Made by a program: the position numbers and the translations under genes. Shown here in pieces: positions 27,136-34,842 of a stretch of 64,000 nt of DNA. The stretch is taken from the NCBI GenBank assembly GCA_029098185.1, contig JAQXNV010000017.1, forward strand, positions 66-64,065. Direction: 5' to 3'. Source of the DNA: Oscillospiraceae bacterium (GTDB taxonomy: Bacteria; Bacillota; Clostridia; Oscillospirales; Acutalibacteraceae). The notes under the pieces were generated by a model that was given only the letters and a program-made list of their open reading frames with translations, had not been told where the DNA came from and did no database searches. How positions within the stretch are numbered: position 1 is the first letter of the stretch; each line of letters opens with the position of its first letter.

Positions 27136-27539
27136 AAAAGCTGACAGTAGACGCGATCAAAGAAAATATCGAAGTGGTCACCCAGTTTGTCGATGAGCAG
27201 TTGGAGGAATTCAATTGTTCCATGAAAGCGCAGATGCAGATCAATATCGCCATCGACGAGCTGTTTGGCAATATTGCCGCCTATGCGTACAATCCGGAAA
27301 TTGGACCGGCCACAGTCTGTGTTCAGGTAGTGGGGGAGCCGCTGTCGGTGGTGATCACCTTTATGGACCACGGCGTGCCTTTCGACCCGCTGCAGCAAAA
27401 ATCGCCAGACACGACCCTTTCTGCGGAGGAGCGGGAAATTGGCGGCCTGGGCATTTACATGGTCAAACAGAGCATGGACGATATTTCTTATGAATATAAA
27501 GATGGCAAAAACATTTTGACGATTCAGAAAACGATTTAA
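27132..27539 (+). CDS. RsbW/SpoIIAB-like anti-sigma-factor serine kinase (HATPase_c_2)
   Basis: 135 aa with N-box AIDELFGNIAAYAY and G-box EIGGLGIYMV. It is translationally coupled to the phosphatase frame. Confidence 0.85.
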   Translation: MKKLTVDAIKENIEVVTQFVDEQLEEFNCSMKAQMQINIAIDELFGNIAAYAYNPEIGPATVCVQVVGEPLSVVITFMDHGVPFDPLQQKSPDTTLSAEEREIGGLGIYMVKQSMDDISYEYKDGKNILTIQKTI

Positions 27540-27550
27540 GGGAGTGCGGT

Positions 27551-28024
27551 ATGGATCATAAAATTTTCAGAAAAAAGAGTCTTGAAAAGGTTTCCTCGCC
27601 AGAGCAGCTCAACGACTACGTCCGGGTGTCCAATCCCAGCGTTTGGATGATTATGGTGGGCGTAATCATCCTGCTCATCGGCGTTTGCGTGTGGGGGATC
27701 TTCGGCCGGCTGGATACCCAGATCAGCACCGTTGGCGTCTGCAAGGATGGGGTGCTGACCTGTTATGTGAAGGAGGAGAACATCTCCTCTGTAAAGGAAG
27801 GCATGACGCTGGAGGCCGACGGCCAGCAACTTAAGGTAGAGGGCATCAGCCGGGAAGCGAGCCAGGATACCAATGAGATGAGTGATTATACGCTTCATGT
27901 GGGCAACCTGCAAAAAGGAGAGTGGGTCTACCATGTGACGACGCCGGCTGACCTGGATGACGGCACTTACAACGTAAAGATCACGACAGAAAGTATTGCG
28001 CCGATGTCATTTGTGTTGAATTGA
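27551..28024 (+). CDS. Short HlyD-like membrane-fusion/secretion accessory protein (NHLM-system type)
   Basis: The N-terminus FRKKSLEKVSSPEQLNDYV plus a single TM matches the start of HlyD-type bacteriocin secretion proteins. Only about 100 aa of beta-rich periplasmic part follows, with no long coiled-coil hairpin. Confidence 0.6.
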   Translation: MDHKIFRKKSLEKVSSPEQLNDYVRVSNPSVWMIMVGVIILLIGVCVWGIFGRLDTQISTVGVCKDGVLTCYVKEENISSVKEGMTLEADGQQLKVEGISREASQDTNEMSDYTLHVGNLQKGEWVYHVTTPADLDDGTYNVKITTESIAPMSFVLN

Positions 28025-28034
28025 GGGACGCCCT

Positions 28035-30221
28035 ATGCAGAAGAAAAAGACGAAAATCAAACATCCTGTGCAGGGGGGCGTGGTGAAGGTGCCGGTCGTT
28101 ATGCAGATGGAGGCGCTGGAATGCGGCGCTGCATCGCTGGCGATGGTGATGGCCTACTATGACAAGTGGATCCCGCTGGAGCAGGTCCGTACCGACTGCG
28201 GCGTGTCGAGAGATGGTTCCAATGCGAGAAATATGCTCAAAGCTGCCAGAAGCTATGGGATGATCGCAAAGGGCTATCGGTTCGAGCCGGAAGAGCTGCG
28301 GGAAAAGGGGACGTTTCCCTGTATCATCCACTGGAACTTTAACCACTTTGTGGTGCTGGACGGGTTCCGGGGCAATAAAGCCTATCTCAATGACCCTGCC
28401 AGAGGCAACTATACGGTTTCTATGGAAACCTTTGACGAATCGTTTACCGGCATTTGCCTGATGATGGAGCCGGGGGACGATTTTGAACCGGGCGGCAAGC
28501 AGAAGAGCATCCTCAGCTTTGCCAAAAAGCGGTTGATCGGCACCGGAGCGGCAGTAGCTTTTGTGGTGCTCACCACCTGTATTTCATCGCTGATGGGCAT
28601 CATCAATCCGGCCTTCTCACGGATCTTTCTGGACCGGCTGCTCACGGGGCAAAACCCAGAATGGGTGATTCCCTTCTTCATCGCCCTAGGCGGCATGGGG
28701 ATTATCCAACTGGTGGTGGCGTGGATCCAGGCCGTGTACTCTCTGCGGATCAACGGCAAAATGTCTGTGGTGGGCAATACCAGCTTTATGTGGAAGGTCC
28801 TGCGCTTGCCCATGGAGTTTTTCTCCCAGCGCATGGCCGGTGACATCCAGCAGCGCCAGGGCACCAATGCTTCTATTGCGGAGGGACTGGTCAATACCTT
28901 TGCGCCGCTGGTGCTGGAAACCATCATGATGATCTTTTATCTGGTGGTCATGCTGCGGTATAGCTGGGTGCTGACGATGATCGGCCTGGTGGCTATCGTG
29001 GTCAACTTGATCGTTTCCAATATCATCTCCAAAAAGCGGATCAATATCACCCGTGTGCAGATGCGGGATTCCGGTAAGCTGGCCAGCGCCACCGTTGCGG
29101 GCATCGAGATGATCGAGACCATTAAGGCCAGCGGCGCCGAGAACGGTTACTTCGAAAGATGGTCCGGCTACCAGGCCAGCGTCAATACGCAGCAGGTCCG
29201 GTTTGCCCGGCTCAATCAGTATCTCGGCATGATCCCCACGTTGGTCTCGTCCCTGGCAGGCACCGCCGTGTTGATGATCGGCGTATACCTGACCATGCAG
29301 GGAGAGTTTACTGTCGGTATGATCGCCCAGTTCCAGGGCTTGCTCAGCTCCTTCACTGCCCCTGCCATGACGCTGATCAGCGCCGGACAGACGCTGCAGG
29401 AGATGCGCACCGAAATGGAACGGGTAGAGGATGTGATGGAATATCCCACAGACGTGAACTACGAAAGCGAAGAGGAAGAAAAAGACGCAGAATACAGTAA
29501 GCTGTCCGGCAATGTGGAGATGAAAAACGTCACCTTTGGCTATTCCCGCCTGGGTGAGCCGCTGATCAAAGATTTTAATCTGACGCTGAAAACCGGCAGC
29601 CGGGTGGCTTTTGTCGGCTCGTCGGGCTGCGGTAAATCGACGCTCTCTAAGCTGATCTCCGGCCTATACCAGCCCTGGAGCGGCGAGATCCTATTTGACG
29701 GCAAGCCCATCAAAGACATTGACCGCAGTGTGTTCCGGGGTTCTCTGGCCGTTGTGGATCAGGATATTATTTTGTTTGAGGATACCATCGCCAACAATAT
29801 CAAGATGTGGGATGACTCCATCGAGGACTTTGAGATGATCATGGCGGCCCGTGATGCGCAGATCCACGACGACATCATGCAGCGGGACGGCGGTTATCAG
29901 TATAAGCTGACTGAGGACGGCAAAGACTTTTCCGGCGGTCAGCGGCAGCGGATGGAGATCGCCCGGGTGCTGGCGCAGGATCCGACCATCATCATTTTGG
30001 ATGAGGCCACCAGCGCCTTGGACGCAAAGACAGAGTACGAGGTCGTCAAGGCCATCAAGGACCGGGGCATTACCTGTATCGTCGTTGCCCACCGGCTGTC
30101 CACCATTCGGGACTGTGACGAGATCATCGTACTGGATCACGGCAATGTAGTAGAGCGGGGTACCCATGACGAATTGTACGCTAAAGGCGGCGTTTACACC
30201 GAGCTGGTGTCCAATGAATAA
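28035..30221 (+). CDS. Bacteriocin-type ABC exporter with an N-terminal C39 peptidase domain (peptidase/permease/ATPase)
   Basis: C39 catalytic context QMEALECGAASLAMV, HFVVL, NDP. It has six TM helices, Walker A GSSGCGKST, signature FSGGQRQR and Walker B IIILDEATSALD. Confidence 0.92.
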   Translation: MQKKKTKIKHPVQGGVVKVPVVMQMEALECGAASLAMVMAYYDKWIPLEQVRTDCGVSRDGSNARNMLKAARSYGMIAKGYRFEPEELREKGTFPCIIHWNFNHFVVLDGFRGNKAYLNDPARGNYTVSMETFDESFTGICLMMEPGDDFEPGGKQKSILSFAKKRLIGTGAAVAFVVLTTCISSLMGIINPAFSRIFLDRLLTGQNPEWVIPFFIALGGMGIIQLVVAWIQAVYSLRINGKMSVVGNTSFMWKVLRLPMEFFSQRMAGDIQQRQGTNASIAEGLVNTFAPLVLETIMMIFYLVVMLRYSWVLTMIGLVAIVVNLIVSNIISKKRINITRVQMRDSGKLASATVAGIEMIETIKASGAENGYFERWSGYQASVNTQQVRFARLNQYLGMIPTLVSSLAGTAVLMIGVYLTMQGEFTVGMIAQFQGLLSSFTAPAMTLISAGQTLQEMRTEMERVEDVMEYPTDVNYESEEEEKDAEYSKLSGNVEMKNVTFGYSRLGEPLIKDFNLTLKTGSRVAFVGSSGCGKSTLSKLISGLYQPWSGEILFDGKPIKDIDRSVFRGSLAVVDQDIILFEDTIANNIKMWDDSIEDFEMIMAARDAQIHDDIMQRDGGYQYKLTEDGKDFSGGQRQRMEIARVLAQDPTIIILDEATSALDAKTEYEVVKAIKDRGITCIVVAHRLSTIRDCDEIIVLDHGNVVERGTHDELYAKGGVYTELVSNE

Positions 30222-30233
30222 GGAGGTGGAAAC

Positions 30234-32468
30234 ATGGGTTGGTTTGATGAACAGATAAAACAAAGAAAACAACACGACGACGATGTTTTCACAGATTCCT
30301 TTCTCAACATCGCCCGGTCTGTCGTCGGCAACAAGGCGGGCTCTCAGTTTCAGGATGACCAGAAGATTGCCAAGAGCACCTTTGACCAGATCTTAAAATA
30401 TTACCATGTCAAGACCCGGGAAGTGCCGGAGAGCATCAAAAACCGGGACGATCAATTGGAATATCTCCTGCGGCCCTACGGCATCATGCGGCGGAACGTC
30501 AATTTAGACGATGGCTGGTATAAGGACGCCATCGGCGCTATGCTGGGCGTGCGCAAAAGCGACGGGACCGTTGTGGCGCTGATCCCCTCGGGACTGTCGG
30601 GCTATAGCTACATTGACCCGGATACAGGCAAACGGATGCGGGTCAATAAGAAACGGCAAAAGCTGTTTGAAAAGGAAGCTGTGGCGTTTTATAAGCCGTT
30701 CCCGCTGAAGAAGCTGGGTATCCCGGCACTGCTAAAGTATATCGTCGAAACGCTGTCGATCTCCGACTTTGTGCTGTTGGGCATCGTAACGCTGGCCGTT
30801 ACCCTTATCGGTATGCTGACGCCAAAGCTGAACAGCCTGCTGTTTTCCGACGTCATCAATTCGGGCAGTATGCGGCTATTGATCTCCATCACCATCTTTA
30901 TGGTGTGCGTGACCATTACTCAGCTTTTGATCTCGGCGGCAAAATCTTTGGTAACGGCCCGGATCAATACGAAGATGAGTATTTCCGTTGAGGGCGCAAC
31001 GATGATGCGGGTGCTGTCGCTGCCGGCGGATTTCTTTAAACAGTACAGCGCCGGTGAATTGTCCTCCCGTGCCTCCAGCATCAATACGCTGTGTAATATG
31101 CTGGTGTCCACCATTTTATCCTCCGGCCTGAGCTCTCTGTTTTCTCTGCTGTATATTACGCAGATCTTCGCTTACGCACCATCATTGGTCATCCCAGCGC
31201 TGGTGATCATCGGGATCACATTGGCCTTTTCTCTGGCATCCACGCTGATGCAGATGAAGATCAGTAAGCGCCAGATGGAGCTGTCCTCTAAGGAGAGCGG
31301 CATGACGTATGCGCTGCTCACCGGTATCCAGAAAATCAAGCTGGCCGGCGCGGAAAAACGTGCTTTTGCCCGCTGGGGCAACCTGTACGCCAAGGAGGCG
31401 GAGCTATCCTATCGTCCGCCGGTTTTCCTGCGGATCAACAGCGTGATCTCCACCGGTATTTCTTTGGCCGGCAGCTTTGTCATGTACTTTATGGCCGTTC
31501 AGTCGGGGATCTCCATTGCCGACTACTACGCCTTTAACGCCGCTTACGGCATGGTGTCGGGCGCGTTTTTGTCGGTGCAGTCCATTGCACTGACCGTGGC
31601 CCGCATCAAACCGGTTTTGGAGATGGTGAAGCCGCTGCTGGAAACGGTCCCGGAAATCTCCGAGGGCAAGCAGGTGATCACACGGCTCAGCGGCGGCATC
31701 GAGCTGAACAATATCTCCTTCCGCTACCAGGAAAATATGCCGCTGGTCATCGACGATCTTTCGCTGAAGATCCGGCCTGGCCAATATGTGGCCATCGTCG
31801 GTGCAACGGGCTGCGGCAAGTCCACGCTGATGCGTTTGATGCTGGGTTTTGAAAAGCCCCAAAAGGGCGCCATCTTTTACGATGGAAAGGACCTGAGCAA
31901 TATCGACCTTAAATCTCTGCGGAAAAATATCGGCACCGTGATGCAAAACGGCAAGCTGTTCCAGGGCGACATCTATTCCAATATCGTCATTTCTGCGCCG
32001 CGCCTTACGATGGACGAAGCGTGGGAGGCGGCGGAGCTGGCCGGCATTGCCGAGGATATTCGCCAGATGCCCATGGAGATGCACACCGTGATCTCTGAGG
32101 GGCAGGGCGGTATTTCCGGCGGTCAGCGGCAGCGCTTGATGATCGCCCGTGCCGTGGCGCCAAAGCCGAAGATCCTGATGTTTGACGAGGCCACCAGCGC
32201 CCTGGATAACCTGACCCAGAAGAAGATCTCCGAATCGCTGGCCAATCTCAAATGCACACGGATCGTCATTGCCCACCGGTTGTCCACCATCCAGCAGTGT
32301 GACCGGATCATCGTGCTGGATAAGGGCAAGATCATTGAGGACGGCAAGTATGATGAGCTGATCGCCCAGAATGGATTCTTTGCGGAATTGGTCGCAAGAC
32401 AACGGCTGGATCTGGGCCAGGAAGCGGTGACAGAAGCGCCAAAGCAGGCGGCAAAAGCGACTTGTTGA
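30234..32468 (+). CDS. Second ABC exporter subunit with a degenerate, Cys-free C39-like N-domain (permease/ATPase)
   Basis: Walker A GATGCGKST, signature ISGGQRQR and Walker B ILMFDEATSALD. The first 165 aa or so contain no Cys, and TVVALIP replaces HFVVL. Confidence 0.9.
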   Translation: MGWFDEQIKQRKQHDDDVFTDSFLNIARSVVGNKAGSQFQDDQKIAKSTFDQILKYYHVKTREVPESIKNRDDQLEYLLRPYGIMRRNVNLDDGWYKDAIGAMLGVRKSDGTVVALIPSGLSGYSYIDPDTGKRMRVNKKRQKLFEKEAVAFYKPFPLKKLGIPALLKYIVETLSISDFVLLGIVTLAVTLIGMLTPKLNSLLFSDVINSGSMRLLISITIFMVCVTITQLLISAAKSLVTARINTKMSISVEGATMMRVLSLPADFFKQYSAGELSSRASSINTLCNMLVSTILSSGLSSLFSLLYITQIFAYAPSLVIPALVIIGITLAFSLASTLMQMKISKRQMELSSKESGMTYALLTGIQKIKLAGAEKRAFARWGNLYAKEAELSYRPPVFLRINSVISTGISLAGSFVMYFMAVQSGISIADYYAFNAAYGMVSGAFLSVQSIALTVARIKPVLEMVKPLLETVPEISEGKQVITRLSGGIELNNISFRYQENMPLVIDDLSLKIRPGQYVAIVGATGCGKSTLMRLMLGFEKPQKGAIFYDGKDLSNIDLKSLRKNIGTVMQNGKLFQGDIYSNIVISAPRLTMDEAWEAAELAGIAEDIRQMPMEMHTVISEGQGGISGGQRQRLMIARAVAPKPKILMFDEATSALDNLTQKKISESLANLKCTRIVIAHRLSTIQQCDRIIVLDKGKIIEDGKYDELIAQNGFFAELVARQRLDLGQEAVTEAPKQAAKATC

Positions 32469-32506
32469 CCCATTGTGTTATCGGAAGAAAGGACAGGTGA
32501 GATGGG

Positions 32507-33403
32507 ATGAGATCCAAAAGGGCGCACAGGGATGCCAAACATTGGGGGAAGAGGTCCCGCAAAAAAACGGCAGTGCTGCTGCTTTGCTGTATCTGTCTGT
32601 CCGCATTCTGGCTGTCTGGCTGCGGCACCAAAGATATTACCGGGGAAATTGATCTTGACCGGGTTTATGAAGCCAATAAGACAAGCAATCTGCTGCAAAA
32701 CCATCGCAGTATTCGGCAGACGGTAGGGTCGGAGGATTTTACGGTCTACATTGATCGGGAGCGGTATTTCTATGAGCTCGGCGATGATTACCGGCAATTG
32801 GTCGGCGATGATTTTTCCTTCGTTTACTATGACGGCAAATTTTCCGGCGTGCTCTATGCAGACAGCGGAAAATACCGTGAGACCTATACAAGCATTTTTC
32901 TGACAGACAGCTTCCGGGAGGAAACACTGGTCAGCGCCACGGATGACGGTACACAGATCCATCTCAAGACCCAGTATGACGCAAAGCAGGATGAACCAGA
33001 TTTGGGATTATCCAAAGGCGATCACTGTGACTACGTTTATGTGCTGGACAGCAAGACGTATGAGCTGATTGAGGGTAGGCAGACGCTCACAGACGCTGAC
33101 GGCAAGATGACGGTGGACTATCGCTCGAAAATCACTTATGATACCCCGTTGCCCAAAGAGGCAGCGGAGATGGAGGAGCGCTCCAAGCCGGACACAGACC
33201 TGCGTACGTTGACGGTCGTGCTGGACCCGAATACGAAAAAGGAAAAGGTATATTCTCGAACCGTGCGCAAGGGAGACTACTTCAGCGTTGTCATTCCCGA
33301 CGGTTATACGATGTATGAGGATGAAGATTGTACGATCCCCTATGAAGAGGATCTGGATGACAACGAGCATCATCTCTTACTCTTTGCAAAACCATCTGCA
33401 TAG
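32507..33403 (+). CDS. Lipoprotein of unknown function
   Basis: A basic N-terminus is followed by LLLCCICLSAFWLSGC (lipobox LSGC). I recognise no family. Confidence 0.7.
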   Translation: MRSKRAHRDAKHWGKRSRKKTAVLLLCCICLSAFWLSGCGTKDITGEIDLDRVYEANKTSNLLQNHRSIRQTVGSEDFTVYIDRERYFYELGDDYRQLVGDDFSFVYYDGKFSGVLYADSGKYRETYTSIFLTDSFREETLVSATDDGTQIHLKTQYDAKQDEPDLGLSKGDHCDYVYVLDSKTYELIEGRQTLTDADGKMTVDYRSKITYDTPLPKEAAEMEERSKPDTDLRTLTVVLDPNTKKEKVYSRTVRKGDYFSVVIPDGYTMYEDEDCTIPYEEDLDDNEHHLLLFAKPSA

Positions 33404-33414
33404 CCAGAATAAAG

Positions 33415-33463
33415 AGCAGCGAAAGATCACGGCAATTTGCGGTGAGAAAATCGCTGCTTTTTT
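33415..33463 (+). terminator. Terminator at the end of the export operon
   Basis: AGCAGCGA...TCGCTGCT stem with a structured loop, followed by TTTTTT. Confidence 0.65.
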
Positions 33464-33526
33464 GCTGTGTGGCCATAAAAAAGAAAAAATTTTAAAATTT
33501 TTTTGTTTTTAGCCCATTTTATTGCG

Positions 33527-33564
33527 ATTTTGTTGCAGTTTTGTTGCACTTCGGGGTGTAGAAT
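33527..33564 (+). promoter_or_regulatory. Promoter of the GG-leader gene, with two direct TTTTGTTGCA repeats over the -35 region
   Basis: TTTTGTTGCA occurs at 33528-37 and 33539-48 (11-bp period). TG plus TAGAAT follows at 33557-64. Confidence 0.55.
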
Positions 33565-33618
33565 AAACATCATAAGGGAAAGTATGATGAGACATGAAAT
33601 AGAATGGAGTGAATGGCT

Positions 33619-33930
33619 ATGGCAGAAAAGGACACAGCGCTATGGAAAAATGAATTGGAAGAATCAGAACTGGACACGATTTCCGGTGGTACTACAGAGG
33701 AAGTGCGGGGAAATCTGTTCCATTTGCAGGATTCTGTTCTGGTAGATACCTGGTCGGGCAAGCAGGAACCGGCAACGATCGTTGGCGTATCCTATCGCAT
33801 CATTGGAGGCCAGCGGAAGATCACTTATGCGGTGCAGTATGATGTGGATAACGTGATCGAGGAAAACATTTTTGAAGATGCCTTAAAGCGAAATCCAAAC
33901 AAAAAGCATGACCGAGCATTACAGCAATGA
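33619..33930 (+). CDS. Double-glycine-leader precursor (24-aa leader plus 79-aa hydrophilic Cys-free core)
   Basis: The leader MAEKDTALWKNELEESELDTISGG fits the LSxxELxxIxGG consensus. GGAG lies 9 nt upstream of the ATG at 33619; the ATG at 33613 is an alternative. The predicted cleavage is after nt 33690. Confidence 0.7.
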   Translation: MAEKDTALWKNELEESELDTISGGTTEEVRGNLFHLQDSVLVDTWSGKQEPATIVGVSYRIIGGQRKITYAVQYDVDNVIEENIFEDALKRNPNKKHDRALQQ

Positions 33931-33975
33931 TCGCAAGGCAAAACGTGATGATTTCCAAGAAAGGAGGAAGGCAGC

Positions 33976-34803
33976 ATGAAGATTTTGATCGCTGATGACG
34001 AACGACTTTCTTTGGCGCATCTGGAGGAGACAGTGGAAAAAGCGTATCCCGACGCTTTTGTCAAGGGGTTCCGCGATCCAGAGGATCTGCTTTCCTATGC
34101 CGGAGAAAAGGGGTGTGACATCGCCCTGCTGGATATTGAAATGCGGTCTATGAACGGCGTGGAAGCTGCCCAGCGGTTACAGGCGTTACAGCCAAAGGTG
34201 AACATTATTTTTGTCACGGCCCACAGCGGCTATACGGGAGACGCCATGCGGATGCACGCCAGCGGATACCTGCTCAAGCCGGTGACGCTGGAAGCAGTGC
34301 GCAGGGAGCTATGTGACCTTCGTTATCCGGTCACACCGGGAAAACCCACCGTTCTGCAGATCCGCTGCTTTGGCAATTTTGCGGTATTTTGTCCCGACGG
34401 AACACCCGTCGCCTTTCGGCGCTCCAAAGCAAAGGAAGCGCTGGCGTATCTTGTCCATCTTGGCGGCGCATCCTGTACCGTAAAGGAACTGGCGGCTGTG
34501 TTGTTTGAAGATCGCCCCTATGACAAGCGGGCACAGGGATATATTCAGAAGATCATCTCCTCCATGATGGCGACGCTGAAAGCAGTCGGTGCAGAGGAAG
34601 CGATTCTCAAGTGTTACAACAGTCTGGCGTTAAATCGGGAAGTGGTAGACTGCGATCTTTATGATTGTCTGGAGCGAGAGGACGAGGAGACGATCCGCAC
34701 TCTGCCCTATATGACCCAGTATTCCTGGGGAGAGGGGACTTCCGCCCGGTTAAAAGAAGGGGAAACGCCGACAAAAGATGAGCCGCAAGGCCCTTCGACA
34801 TAA
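33976..34803 (+). CDS. Response regulator, receiver plus SARP/OmpR-type winged helix, paralog of RR1 (RR2)
   Basis: It is collinear with RR1: DIEMRSMNGVE, IIFVTAHSGY, ASGYLLKPVT, LQIRCFGNFAVFCPDG...SKAKEALAYLVHLGG. RBS aaaggagga. There is no terminator between the GG-leader gene and this gene. Confidence 0.85.
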   Translation: MKILIADDERLSLAHLEETVEKAYPDAFVKGFRDPEDLLSYAGEKGCDIALLDIEMRSMNGVEAAQRLQALQPKVNIIFVTAHSGYTGDAMRMHASGYLLKPVTLEAVRRELCDLRYPVTPGKPTVLQIRCFGNFAVFCPDGTPVAFRRSKAKEALAYLVHLGGASCTVKELAAVLFEDRPYDKRAQGYIQKIISSMMATLKAVGAEEAILKCYNSLALNREVVDCDLYDCLEREDEETIRTLPYMTQYSWGEGTSARLKEGETPTKDEPQGPST

Positions 34804-34807
34804 TGGA

Positions 34808-34836
34808 AAACCTCCCAAAACGGGAGGCTTTTTTTG
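34808..34836. terminator. Bidirectional terminator between RR2 and the LysR gene
   Basis: CCTCCC-aaaac-GGGAGG followed by a T-tract. Confidence 0.8.
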
Positions 34837-34842
34837 TGGTGG

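Noticed and set aside
24367-27539. An expected sigma factor gene accompanying the STAS/PP2C/RsbW trio.
   Set aside because: No ORF in the window on either strand shows sigma-70 region 2 or region 4 motifs. The gene following the kinase is the HlyD-like gene. The absence is reported as a finding rather than filled in with a guess.
33503-33745. An 80-aa Cys-containing ORF (MFLAHFIAILLQFCCTSGC...) as an alternative exported peptide.
   Set aside because: It has no RBS. It starts inside the terminator/promoter region, runs across the -10 element, and overlaps the GG-leader gene out of frame. It has no GG-type leader.
33805-33810. The second Gly-Gly (RIIGGQRK) inside the precursor core as a processing site.
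   Set aside because: It is not preceded by the acidic/hydrophobic LSxxELxxIxGG pattern. It sits in the middle of what looks like a beta-strand-rich domain.
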